Of a stretch of 64,000 nucleotides of DNA, positions 1-11,839 are shown in pieces; within the stretch, counting starts at the first letter, position 1; the number at the start of each line of letters is the position of its first letter. The notes below the pieces were generated by a model. That model was given only the letters and a program-made list of their open reading frames with translations. It was not told where the DNA came from and made no database searches. The stretch spans positions 62,001 through 126,000 of the forward strand of contig NW_003314279.1 in assembly GCF_000143415.4 (NCBI RefSeq), in the 5' to 3' direction. The translations under genes were made by a program, and so were the position numbers. Source of the stretch: Selaginella moellendorffii. Taxonomy: Eukaryota > Plantae > Lycopodiophyta.

Positions 1-2
1 AT

Positions 3-521
3 GGTCTGTACGCTCGAGCTCACAGCTTCTTCCAGACCATGCCCGAGTGTGACGTTGTATCTTGGACTGGGGCCTTGAACTCGATTACCCCAACTATGTC
101 GTACAAAACTTCGCTGGATCACTTCCAAAGGATGCTGCTTCAAGGAGTTCTTCCGGATGATGTCTGCTTTGTGTCGATACTGGTCGGATTCAACCATGGC
201 GGTAGCGTCCGCACCGCTTTGAGCTGCTTCGCGTCCATGGCTGTCGACTTTGGCATTGATCCGACGAAGCAGCTGTATGGAAGCCTGATTGATCTGCTTG
301 GTCGGGCGGGATATCTGAAGGAAGCCGAGGAAGTCATCGCCAGCATGCCGTTTAAGCCGGGAGACGTCGACTGGCAATCGCTCCTGAGCGCTTGTAAGAG
401 TTACAGTGATGGTCGAAGTGGAAGCCGAGCAGCAAAGCAAGCTCTAGAGTTGAATCCGCAGGACGACGGAACATACGTGCTGCTGGCAGCAATGTCCGAG
501 TGTGGTGCTCACAATAGTTGA
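3..521 (+). CDS. PLS-class PPR protein, 3' end with truncated E domain (5' partial)
   Basis: The frame is open from position 3. It encodes 'VVSWT..', 'GVLPDDVCFVSIL', 'YGSLIDLLGRAGYLKEAEE', 'MPFKPGDVDWQSLLSACK' and 'LELNPQDDGTYVLL', the typical P2-L2-S2-E motifs. No DYW domain. Confidence 0.9.
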   Translation, partial: GLYARAHSFFQTMPECDVVSWTGALNSITPTMSYKTSLDHFQRMLLQGVLPDDVCFVSILVGFNHGGSVRTALSCFASMAVDFGIDPTKQLYGSLIDLLGRAGYLKEAEEVIASMPFKPGDVDWQSLLSACKSYSDGRSGSRAAKQALELNPQDDGTYVLLAAMSECGAHNS

Positions 522-572
522 GACGCTCGCACCGGTGGATCGTTGAAGTTAGCTGTTGTCTCCTTTGTAGAT

Positions 573-2407
573 TTACAACAGGCTGTTTCGGAAGAAGCGA
601 ACTCCCTGCTTGAAGAACGTAAATATCGAATGTGGTGTTTAAACAGTGCGAGACGAACCTGTAGTGCAAATACGACGTCATCATGGTCTACTTGCAACTT
701 TGTCTTTCTGAGACGATCTTCGCGAGCTGTACCGAGGCCAAGAAGACCCTGAAATGTCGAAGATTAAACACTAGTTTGTCTTGCCACATAGCTTATACCT
801 GGTCGGCAATTAGTTGACAAATTCCAGAGAATTCTTGAGAAGATACAGGGCGCATACCAGTTGTTTTACAAAACCCCAGGTACTGCTTATTCAGCTGCAA
901 AGCTTCCCGTAAGTCCACTCATCAATTTTGACACTTGAAGAACGCCTACCTCGCCTAATGGCGCGTCCCTCTTTCTCTTCCGGAAGAGATTAGCGGCACT
1001 ACATAAGACCATCTGTACATCGATAACGAAATGAGCAGATAACGCATGACAAACACTGGTATTACCTGCGAATGTTTTGGCAAAGCTTGAATAGTTTCAA
1101 TGACAGGAGAACGGAAAACTTTGGCCAACGCCCTTGCCATGTGATCAACTTGCACAAACTGATCCCTTTGCAAGCACGTCGCTTCAGGCTCTGTAGATTT
1201 GCTTTTGTTCTCGGCTTCAAAAAGATCAAGAGCAGTCCTGCAACGCACCAAAGTTAAGAATCATAAGAAGTCACAGGGAATTACCAACCTGCAAGCGTAC
1301 AAGGCTTTTCTCATGTCCCCGGATGCAGCAGATACCCTCTGTTCCATTGAAAGATTAGAACATCAGCTAAGGTGGTTGCAATAACTTACTCTGGCGCACA
1401 GCTCCAAGGCTGCAGGATGAAACGTAGCCACCGATAGAGACTGGAAAAGGCAATGTTAATACTCAAAGACAAGATGTGTTGCCGTCTTCTACCGATAATC
1501 TTTGAAGCAAGACAGCGAAAATTTGGTCTTTGGTATACGCAGGAAATGTGATGACCTCCGGGTTACCTGCAATACGATCGACAATAAGATACAAACAGAA
1601 TAAACATCAGCGCAAGCCTTACAGCTGAAAGTTCTCAGCCTTGGTAGAAATCTTTCAGTTAAATCGATGGCGTTAGCAATTCCTTTGACAAGAAAAGAGC
1701 ATCAGCACACAAGAACGCGTAGAAAACAGCTCACCTATTAGAATGCAGCTGCTGTCTTTCAAAACGGATAATTGGAACAGCTCATACAACACAGTTTGTT
1801 CTCTGGTTATGAGATAGTCCATTTCATCGATGATTAAAAGCCTGGCAAGAAAAGCTTAGCGATTCCAAAAAGTGGCAAGGAAAACAAAAACATACTGCAT
1901 TTTCTTCGCACCCCTGTTGAACGATAGTAACTTCTTAAGTTGTTGGTACCCGACGCTTCGATCATCGTCAGCGCCTGGTTGTAAGGAGTGATAAATCTGC
2001 GAAACAAACGAGCATTCCATCGTCCAAGCACAAAGGAAAAAAAGTTCATACCCTGGAGTAGATCTGTGTAGCATCTGTGAGCGTTGTGCAATTGACAGAA
2101 GCCACATCCGGTGGTAAAATCCCTGCCTGTATAGAAAAACAAAGATGAAACTCAAGTGTCTAGCTATTTGGGATTTTACCTCGACCGCCCACTGTGACAA
2201 GAGGCCTTTTAGCTTCTCCATTGCCAGCGATTTCCCAGTTCCAGGACACCCACACACGTAGAGACTGCCTGGCCTTCTCTCTAGCAGGCAATCCTTGGAG
2301 AACTTGATTATCCTATCGATCTGCTCGCTCCGGCACAGAATAGCCTCAGGAACAGCAGACAAATGCAATGCCGTCTTGGCCGCGAGGATGTGAGCCGAGA
2401 AATCCAT
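573..2407 (-). CDS. CDC6: Cell division control protein 6 (AAA+ replication licensing factor), multi-exon
   Basis: Motifs 'LHLSAVPEAILCRSEQ', Walker A 'GSLYVCGCPGTGKS', 'IDEMDYLITREQTVLYELF', 'IGIANAIDLTERFLPRL', 'SGDMRKAL', and C-terminal 'VDHDDVVFALQ|GVRFFRNSLL*' (TAA at 573-575). Short GT-AG introns. Confidence 0.92.
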
Positions 2408-2480
2408 GGAGCGATCAATCAAGAATGCCAAACCCTGCCCTAGATCCCCCGCGCAATCTACATGTTCCCTCCAAAAATCC

Positions 2481-2503
2481 GCGCCAAAATATAGCCGTTT
2501 GAA
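2481..2503. promoter_or_regulatory. E2F site (TTTGGCGC on - strand) plus AACGG and TTTGAA elements in the CDC6 divergent promoter
   Basis: GCGCCAAA at 2481-2488 matches the TTTSSCGS consensus in reverse. CCGTT lies at 2495-2499 and TTTGAA at 2498-2503. CDC6 is a classical E2F target. Confidence 0.65.
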
Positions 2504-2527
2504 AAAATTCCATGAACTTTAGGGTTC

Positions 2528-3061
2528 ATGGAGCTCATTGGCAAGCGCGAAGGAGACCCTGCGATCGCGGCTTTCTTGGGCAATTTGGGGGCGAGCGATG
2601 GAGGAATTCCACTGCCCAGCCGGCGCGCATTCCCAGCTCTCAAATCGCGGCCGGCGTGTGAGTATCACAACTACGAAGGTCTGGGCGTGTCGCTGTGCTT
2701 CGAGGAGTCAGCCCTAGAGGCCGTCCATGTGTACAATGGGACGCACGGCTACTCCCAATTCATGGGCGATCTTCCTCACGGGCTCAGGTAAGCGTAAATT
2801 CCTCTCAGTCGATCAGTCGATCATTCGATTCGATTCCACTTCAGGATTGGAATGACGGGCCGAGAGATTGTGGAGCTGCTAGGCGAGCCCGACGGCAAGG
2901 CCGGAGGAGGACGAGGTGGCGGCCCCATCTCCATAGCTTACAAGGAAAGAGGTTTGCACATCAATTTCCTGGGATCCAGCTGGGAGAACAGCGATAGCGC
3001 GATCGACTCGGTGACCATCCACGCGCCTCAACCTCAAACCATGGCCATCGAGGATCACTGA
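2528..3061 (+). CDS. Hypothetical protein, 158 aa, 2 exons (2528-2787, 2845-3061)
   Basis: A canonical AG|GTAAGC...TTCAG intron joins two ORFs in frame: '...GDLPHGLR|IGMTGREIVELLGEPDGKAGGG...YKERGLHINF'. Confidence 0.75.
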
Positions 3062-3704
3062 GGGAGGTTTTTCGTTTTGTTTCTATCGGGTCTTAAAATC
3101 TTTGATATGGTCTGATTGGCAAGGAAAACCATTCCGATTCACATCGATTTGGATAGTCATTCAAGAATGGCCTCAGGCGAAAGATGGTGATTTTGAGTTG
3201 TTCCTCACGGGAAACATCAGATCTCTTTGCTGAGAGAAGCTTGCATCATCGGCCAAGAAAAAAAAAACTCACAAACAAGAACAATGGAGTTGTCAGCTGG
3301 TAGTGCATGTAAAATGATCCTCACTGAGAAGCTCAGAACAGGTCTATGAACTTTGATCATCCTCCAACTCCATCCAGAAGCTCCTAAGAAAATCGAAACT
3401 GGGAATCAGACTGACGTGCAAATCGATATGAGATTTTTTCCGCAGTAGAAGTCAGAAATGGCGAAAGATCATCATCACATTCCCAAAGAAATCCAGAGAT
3501 CAGACGAAACAAAATCGTGTCAATCCTCACAGAAAGTAGGACTGGGGCGACATTCCAGTCATCATCTCTCCTCGAGCAACAAGCAAACCCTAGGTTTTCT
3601 GTGGCCGCAAAAGCCCTAAATAAGTGCCCTAACAGGACGCCAACGGTGGGGATTGCGCTTGAATCCGACGGACAGGATTTGGATTTACAGGAGAGATACT
3701 ATTA

Positions 3705-4800
3705 TTATTCCGTTTTAAACTTAAACTCGGGAATGACAATGGCGTCGAGCCAGTTGGAGAGATTGACGCTCACAACGCACTTTGCGCCCCAGAGTTTGTC
3801 CTTCCTCGTCGACTCCGGCTCTTTCACCTCCTCGTATCTCTCGAGCTGGTTTAGCTGCTCGTACAATCCAATGCACCGCTCGCGCGTCTCCAGCACCGAG
3901 ATCTGTGCTGCTCGGCCGCGGAGGCAGCGCTGGAACAACACGATCGCCGTGAGCCTCTCCAGCTTGACCACCAGAGTTGGATCACATCTGGGTGTCAAAA
4001 CTCTCCGGTGCTTTCCCTGGAGCGATCGAGTATGAGACTGTTTCTCTAGAACGTAAAAAACAAAAGAGAAAGACTTACAACTTGGACGGAGTAGTGTCTT
4101 TGGCGTGGAACCGCTCGCGCGATCGATCTTCCCTTGGTGGATCGAGTCGCGCGTCGCGCGTAGGCATCGGTCATTGCGATGAAATCGCCCTGGAGCCACT
4201 CCTCCACGTTCACCTTGATTTTCAGGCGTGGCTCAAGCTCCGCAAGCTCTGCAAGGGAGCTGTTGTATTTCAATCACAAACAAGCCCGGCAGGGAGAGAA
4301 ACCACATAAACAAAAGAGAAAACCTTGCGGCAATCGTGGAGAGCACCTTTGAGTAGCAAGTTCTTAAAGGGCTCCATGAAATCTCGCTGCTCGGTCTGCA
4401 AGAAGAGAAAGTTACTTGAGAGTTTGGGGAGAAAATGATGATCAAACTTACGAGCTCCTCGAGGCTTGGTATGTGCCATTCCTTCTCAACTCTGTTGGGG
4501 AAAACCATGGGATTCATCCGGACTGGAACAATTTCTTTGTCTCTCGCAAAGAGCTCTCGATCCCCGTCCGCTGCTTGTTCCCTGTGGGGTCTTCTTCGCA
4601 TTCCATATCTCTCTTCGAAAGAACACACCGAGTTAAGAAAATGAGAAGAAAAAAAATTCAATCGCTATACCTTCAAAGACCCACGGCTCGATGTTGACAA
4701 ACATCCAAGACGGGGGCTGGATGAGATCGAAGGCTGCCGTTTGCGTCTCATTCTCCCTCAAATCGGTCTGCGCCTCAGCGGCTCGAATCTCCTCCTCCAT
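3705..4800 (-). CDS. CFAP91/FAP91 (MAATS1)-like cilia protein, short divergent form, multi-exon
   Basis: 'AEAQTDLRENETQT' resembles the CFAP91 TQTDYRESEAQT motif, and IQ-like 'AIVLFQRCLRGRAAQ' resembles its LQxLxRGRAxQ motif. Exons can be joined by GT-AG introns, but one junction near 4250-4350 is ambiguous. Confidence 0.5.
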
Positions 4801-5052
4801 TCCTCCCCAACGCAAGCTACCGATCGAAACTACGAGAGAAATGTACCGCGAAAGCAATGGCTCCGTCCCGCTAGGCTGCCGATCGACCGCGCCCTGTTCT
4901 ATGCCCCCATCACGATTCGCGATTTAGGGCTTTCAGATCCCAGGACTATGCGATACGGGCCTCCACTTGGCACGTCCGACGTGGCGAGGTGACGAGGCCG
5001 GCTTTTGAATTTGAATTCAAAATGGCGCTTGGAAAGGGTGGGAAAGAGCGCG

Positions 5053-5729
5053 ATGACGAGGAATGTGGGCATAGCGATCGATTTGTCGCCCACCAGCAGG
5101 TACGCGCTTCGTTGGGCGCTCGAGCACTTCGCGCGCGATGGCGATCACATCTTCGTCCTCGTCGTCCGCAAGAAAGAGGGCGAGGACACCGCCCTCTTCG
5201 AGAAAGCCGGCACTCGTAAGTGGCAACGATCGATCTTAAGATGTTCTCAGACTCGGTTTGCCTGGAGGATTGATCCACAGCCTTGATCCCAATGCACGAC
5301 TACGACGAGCACGTCTTGGACAAGTATGGCATCCAGCCCGATCCTGAGGTGTTTGCAACGATTAGAGAGCACCGAGAGAAGAAAAAAGTAAACTTTCTTA
5401 CGCGTTTTCCTTTTTGTTCTTGTCGATCTCAACGTCGAGCTCCTGGCTCCAGTTTGCTGTGGACGGTAAGGTCTACTACGGCGATGCTCGAGAGAAGATC
5501 ATCGAGGCTGTTGGAGATCTTAAGTTGGACCTGCTTGTGCTTGGAAGTAGAGGCCTTGGGACTGTTAAAAGGTACCGCAAAGCTTCTTATTTCTCGACTT
5601 GGAAAAAACTCGTTTCATTTGTTGCCAATCCACAGGGCGCTGCTGGGAAGCGTCAGTAACTACGTAATCAACAACGCACCTTGCCCAGTCACAGTAGTGA
5701 AGCTCCCGGAATCCCAATCAAACTCGTGA
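5053..5729 (+). CDS. Universal stress protein A-like (USP) protein, 4 exons
   Basis: 'VGIAIDLSPTSRYALRWAL', 'GDAREKIIEAV..LKLDLLVLGSRGLGTVK|RALLGSVSNYVINNAPCPVTVVK'. Confidence 0.93.
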
Positions 5730-5747
5730 GAAGCTCGAACAGATGCT

Positions 5748-6824
5748 TTAAGATGTAGGCGGTTTCTTCTTGTCCAGTAGATCCTCGAAGTTTTTGGGAT
5801 CCAGCGTTCCGCTGAGAAGAGCGAAGAGCAAGCGTTTGTGGTAGAGATGCCCGTGAATTAAATTCAAGATGAACTGGCGATGCCCCATTACTGCGACAAT
5901 GAAATCGGCTAGATCGATCAAGATTAGAAATTTAAGAGCATACCAGGCAGAGGTACGAACACATTAGTCGCCATTCGAGAAAGGTCGGTCGGGGTGGCAT
6001 TTAGAAATGGTGGATCAATCTTACTGCAACATACAACTCCCACGATCAGATTATCGAAGTTGCCACAATGAACAAGCCGGCTACCTTACTCGAACACGTA
6101 AATTCTGTTCCAGGAAGTGTCATTAGTGTGATGAAAGACAAAACAGGGAGATTCAAGCTCATGTACCTCGCGGTGGCCCCAGAAGTTCATTGTGCTGATC
6201 TCTACATATTCTGGAAGAGGTGGAACAAGCGAGAGCTCGCCAATGTATCTGCAGTGAAAAGGTTGAAGTTAGCAAATCTGTTTGATCCAGTGTGATCCTC
6301 ACCTACGGGAATAGTACCAGAGAGCGAGCGTTGCTCCAACAGCTCCAAAAGTGACGCCAAGAGATGCTGCTACAGCCTCGGCAGACAATGTCCCCTTGGA
6401 AAACAAAGACAAACCTATAACACGAGAAGAGCAAAGAAGAAACGAGAAAGCATCCTTACCTCTTTCACGTACTTTGCTAATGGAGCTGCTATGGCTGCAA
6501 ATCCCGCCAGTTGAATTACCTTGAGCCTAGAACAAAAAAAATCCTTTTTCTGCGCCAATTCCTCCGAGAAATCTATGATCCAAACCTCACGACAAGCCGC
6601 AGCGGTCGCATCCAGCGCGCTTGGTACAACACCACTTTCGCGGGAGCCTGATCTCTAAAACCCTGGGGACTCACATTCTTGTTATGCAGCAGCTTCGCCG
6701 GATCATCATCAGGGATCGCCGTGGACGCCGCCGCCGCTGGTGACGATGCCGAAAAGCGCAGCGGCGTTCGCGATTGCGCGGTAGCAGCGGCGCATCGCCG
6801 AAGCAATGGCCGCAGTGCCGCCAT
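5748..6824 (-). CDS. TMEM186-like (TMEM70/TMEM186 family) mitochondrial membrane protein, multi-exon
   Basis: Arg/Ala/Ser-rich presequence 'MAALRPLLRRCAAA', then 'RLKVIQLAG', two hydrophobic segments and 'WYYSRRYIGELSL..VEISTMNFWGHRE' (the family's NFWG motif). Stop at 5748-5750. Confidence 0.72.
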
Positions 6825-6862
6825 GGCCGTAGAAAATACCGAAATTAGGGCTCCTGGCAAGC

Positions 6863-6874
6863 TTTCCCGCCAAA
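6863..6874. promoter_or_regulatory. Overlapping double E2F site TTTCCCGCCAAA upstream of MCM10
   Basis: TTTCCCGC on + overlaps TTTGGCGG on -, about 33 bp upstream of the MCM10 ATG. Confidence 0.75.
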
Positions 6875-6906
6875 AGGTTTAGGGCGTTTCGAAATTCTGC
6901 AGCGCC

Positions 6907-8857
6907 ATGGCTGATCTGGAGCTGCTTCTATCGCTTCGGGACGAATGCGGCGAAGAGAAGGACAGCACAGGTATGATTTCTATGAATGGATCGAGCCGAC
7001 ATTGCGGCATTGTGATAGAAATCAAGGATCGATCGAACAGCAGTGAGATTTTGCCGCGCCCTTCGACAGGCTATTGCTCCGATGAAGAGGAAAGGCCCAA
7101 GTCCGTGCTAAACATGTCCATTTTCAAGGATGTGCTGAAAAGCAGTGGAAGTTTAGCGAAATGCCCGCCGGCCTCGGTCGAGAAATCAAAGGGAGTTTCT
7201 GTGCAAAGCTTCGGATCAAACGGCAGTACACCAGATCTCGAAGTTCACTCTGGTCTTCGCATCAGGTAGAGTTTCTTTTGTTTTTCTTACATATGTTTTG
7301 TTCATACAGATAAGATGTTCTGCTTTACCCACGAATTTTTCTCTGGATCGCAGGAACAGATGTCTTAGCCGTGAGATGCTAACTACAAAGCTCATGGAGC
7401 TGCGATTCGTGAAGCTTGAAGCTCTCAAGTAGGCATTCTTTCGTTCTATTTCCTTGCCTCCCTTTACAGAGAATTTATCTTTCGTCAGGCATGCAGTCAT
7501 TGGCGATGGTGTTAGAGGTTCTTGGGCAACAATTGCCGTTCTGTCAGACAAGGGCCAACCCCGAGTGTCATCGAACTCGAAAAACTATGTCATTTGGAAG
7601 CTGTCTTGCCTGAACGAGTCTACCGTTTCCTTGTTTTTGTTTGGGGATGCTTATAAAGAACACTGGAAAGAGGCGGTCGGTAGTGTTATTGCGGTTTTCG
7701 ATGCTAAAGTTCGTCACGATGACAAGGTATGTCTCAATGTGTTTTTTAGCCTTCCTGTTCTGACTTTGATTTCCCAGAAAGGTGATTTTAGCTTGAGCGT
7801 TGCTGATGTGAATCAATTGACAGTTGTGGGGACGTCACTGGATTTTGCCATTTGTAACGGGAAGCGCAAAGATGGAGCTCCTTGCTCAGTACCGGTTAAC
7901 AGGTGAGCTTATATCTCTCTGAAGTGTTGATCTTCTAGAACTTATGTTGCAGGAAAGAGGGTGCATACTGTAAATTTCACGCTCTCGTAAGAACACTGAA
8001 ATCTTTTTGGTGGTGTACTAACTGATTTACAGGCAGCACGCAAAAACTTGAGAAGTAAACGGCCAGAGCTAAATGGCGGGTAATGTGCTGGATATGTATT
8101 TCTCTTGCCGCTTTTCATGTGTTTAAATACTAACTCTTTCGCAGAAACCTTGCTACTGGATTGACCGGGTCGATGAGAAACCAGAATCGCGGAATGCAGT
8201 CCCTCAAGCACACTATAGAGAAATCACCGGAGCAGCCATTGAAGCGAGTAAAGCATCGGTCGTCTTTAGAGCTTTCTAAGATGCTGAGGTACTCTATGTT
8301 TGCTACAGACGCCGGCATTCTCATTACCCATATTCTTGTTTACAGCAATGGCGACAAAATGACGACACGAACGTCGTCGCAAGGTTTAAGATTTCTGGCT
8401 AGAATGACAGGTAACAACGGTAGCGTTCTCTTTCTAACAATGAGAGTAACTGTGCACTGTGATTTTCAGAAGACAAAGAACTCTCCAGTTCCAACCAGAA
8501 GAAGAAAGCGGCAGTATCAGATCGCAAGCCTTCCGACAAGAAGCAAGTGGAAGTTTCAAACAGGAGACCTTGCAGGAAGGTCTCCTGTTTGAAACAGGAG
8601 AGAGATAGTGTATCGAGGTAATGCACTTTTCCTCCCTGGCTCCATCCATTTCTCACTGGATTGTCTACTGCAGGCCTCCCTTGAAAGAGCTATCCAACTC
8701 GAGCAAAGATCGAGCACTCGAGAACGAGGTCGTGGAAATCGACTTGGAAGTGGAAGAGGATACGGACAATGCCATGGTAATTGTCACAAAACTCTACCTC
8801 ACGTTTGTTTGGATTGACTTTCACCAGGCCCAGGCGATGTCGATATTTAAATCATAA
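6907..8857 (+). CDS. MCM10: Minichromosome maintenance protein 10, multi-exon
   Basis: 'MADLELLLSL', 'EVHSGLRIR', OB-fold 'WATIAVLSDKG..YVIWKL..VSLFLFGDAY', and CCCH finger 'CNGKRKDGAPCSVPVNR|KEGAYCKFH'. Confidence 0.9.
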
Positions 8858-9053
8858 TCCCATGCATATCTCGAGAGGTAAAAATCACTCGCTTGCGTCG
8901 TTGGATTGCTTCAGCATTTTGTCGCAGGCCACTAAGAACCGATGATCCAAAGCTTGCGAGCCACAAGAAAATCGCGTGGATATTTTTCTTCATACGAAAC
9001 ATCCGCCAGGAAGAAGAAATTCTAGCGGTCGCAATACTAGCGGCCGGAAAGCG

Positions 9054-9118
9054 CCTTATCTAAGAGGGGAGGCTCTGCCACGCGTCATTCTTTTATTCGC
9101 GGCCAGGAGCCCACGTCA
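9054..9118. promoter_or_regulatory. I-box (CCTTATC) and G-box-like (CCACGTCA) light-response elements upstream of plastid PGK
   Basis: CCTTATCT at 9054-9061 and CCACGTCA at 9111-9118, 130-190 bp upstream of a Calvin-cycle gene. Confidence 0.5.
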
Positions 9119-9246
9119 TCGCGATTAGTGTAAACCCCCATTTTGACTTTAAGCTAATGATGCTCTACTAGCTAGTAGCCATTTCTCTGCGGCAGTTCTT
9201 CCCTAGCCGCCGCGCTCCTCTCTCCGCCTCGATCGATCCGTCCACC

Positions 9247-11039
9247 ATGGCCGCCACGGCAGCCGCCGCCTCATCGCAGCTCATCTCGCCCGCGGCGTCG
9301 CTCGGATCGGCGTCGTCCTCGTCGAGCTCGTCGAGCAATCGCGCCGGATTCAGGTCTTTCAGGCTCCAGTCCTTCAGCGGCCTCGTCGCCGGGCGCAGGG
9401 ATGTGCGCAAGCTGGGCGCATTGGATCAGCACCAGGATTTCGTTGCGGCCGTGGCATCCCTGGTGAGCAGAGGCCATGGGCGGGGCAGCCGCGGCGTGGT
9501 GTGCATGGCCAAGAAGAGCGTCGGCGATCTCAAGGAGGCGGATTTAAAAGGCAAGCGCGTCTTCGTGAGGGCCGATCTCAACGTCCCCTTGGATGGCGAT
9601 CTCAAGATCACCGACGATACGAGGATTCGTGCCGCCGTGCCGACGATCAAGTATCTCATCAGCAATGGAGCAAAGGTCATCCTCTCGAGCCATCTGGTAA
9701 GTTTTTTCTTCTAGTTTCGATAGATGGAAAGAATTTCTCGAAGCTTTTCTCATCCTTGCTTTTCTCTCTTATAGGGACGTCCGAAAGGTGTTACTGACAA
9801 GTATCGGCTTACTCCTCTTGTTCCAAGGCTCTCAGAGCTTCTCGGCATTAAGGCAAGCTTGTTTTCTCAAGTGTTTTTATTGAATGAGCTCTTTTTTGTT
9901 TCTTCAGGTCGAGAAAGCCGACGATTCGATTGGTCCGGAAGTTGAGAAGAAGGTTGCTGCTTTGCCCGACGGTGGGGTGCTGCTTCTCGAGAATGTAAGA
10001 TTCTATCCCGAGGAGGAGAAGAATGTCCCCGAGCACGCGCAGAAGCTGGCAGCACTGGCTGATTTGTACGTGAACGATGCTTTTGGTACCGCTCACAGAG
10101 CTCATGCTTCTACCGAGGGCGTGACCAAGTTCCTCAAGCCCTCCGTGGCTGGATTCCTCTTGCAAAAGGTAGATTTTCTTTTTTCTTTTTCCCAATGCTT
10201 CCCTGAGTTGACGACGAATTTGCCAGGAACTCGACTACCTCGATGGAGCCGTGTCGAATCCTAAAAGACCATTTGCTGCCATCGTTGGAGGCTCCAAGGT
10301 GTCGTCCAAGATTGGAGTGATTGAATCCCTGTTGGAGAAATGCAACATCTTGTTACTCGGAGGAGGAATGATCTTCACCTTCTTCAAAGCGCAGGGCCTC
10401 TCTGTGGGATCCTCACTCGTTGAGGAGGATAAGATCGACCTGGCGAAATCCCTGATGAAGACGGCCAAGGACAAAGGTGTCTCCTTGCTCCTTCCCACAG
10501 ACGTGGTGGTGGCTGACAAGTTCGCAGCAGACGCGAACAGCAAGGTAGAGTCTCCTGGCACCAATTTTCCAACGTCCGACGAAATTTTCTCTCTTGTTCT
10601 TCCACAGATCGTACCATCGACAGCAATCCCCGATGGCTGGATGGGTCTCGACATCGGCCCCGACTCTGTGAAGACGTTCAACGAGGCATTGGACACCACC
10701 AAGACCGTGATCTGGAACGGGCCCATGGGAGTGTTCGAGTTTGACAAGTTCGCGGTTGGCACGGAGGTAAAAGAACGCTTTTGCGAACTTCCAACGATCT
10801 AAGAACTTTTGCCTTGTTTTTCGCAGGCTGTTGCGAAGAAGCTGGCGGAGCTTAGCGGCAAAGGTGTGACTACAATCATCGGCGGAGGTGATTCCGTGGC
10901 GGCCGTGGAGAAAGTCGGGGTCGCGGATAAGATGAGCCACATATCAACCGGGGGTGGTGCTAGTTTGGAGCTGCTCGAAGGCAAAGTTCTTCCTGGCGTC
11001 GCTGCTCTTGACGAGGCGGTAGCGGCAGTCACGGTGTAG
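9247..11039 (+). CDS. PGK: Phosphoglycerate kinase, chloroplastic
   Basis: Ser/Ala-rich transit peptide, then '[14 protein letters not shown]', '[15 protein letters not shown]', 'WNGPMGVFE', '[16 protein letters not shown]'. Intron 9853-9907 is GC-AG. Confidence 0.98.
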
Positions 11040-11839
11040 GAGGTAATGCTCTACCGTTTCTACATTTTTCTCCTCTCTTTGTTTTGGCTCCAATAAGCTG
11101 GGCAACTGTAACTTATCTTAACTCGGCAGCAGCGATGATCTTGAGCTCTCAGCGCCAGCATCTAAAAATCCACAAGAAGAAAATTCTTGGAACTTGCCGA
11201 TTCTTCTTGGTTCTATCCTAAAAACCCAAGCAAAACCTATAAGAGAAATTATGTGAATGGCTTTGCTTACCTTCATGGAGGGCAAACCTTTGCAAAGGAA
11301 GTGCCATTGTTTATTGTTGTCCAATATGTTAAATTATTCTATCACGATAGATTCCTGGATTAGATTAGTAATTCGTACTTGAAGAAAGCCAATATTTATA
11401 TATTGTCCAAGCTATGAAGGACAGCAATGTCATTCTTTTGTGCTTTTAAACATAATAACATCAATTCAGCCAGAGATCTTTCTATGGACCCTCTCTGGAT
11501 GGGAGTGGCAATGAAGTTTCTATGGTTGTGGGAGGACACGTATGTCAATGGAGATGAACATACACATTATTGAAGCCTATAGCCTGTTCATGAAGAGCCC
11601 GAGAGTGGTCAAGTTTCACAGGAAGTTAAGAGTTTGAGGTATGTTCTAGGTAATAAGTTCTGTCTGGTTGAGAACGGTGATTTTACTTGCCACCATGCCA
11701 ATGCTATTTCAGAACAAAAGATAATTACGAAAAGAGTATTTAGGGTTCTGGGAACAAATATGCTTAATTCTAGACTAGTTGAAATGAATTCTTTGTCCTG
11801 CATTTCAGACTGAATCGGCTGTGCCAGAAGGCAGCTGCT

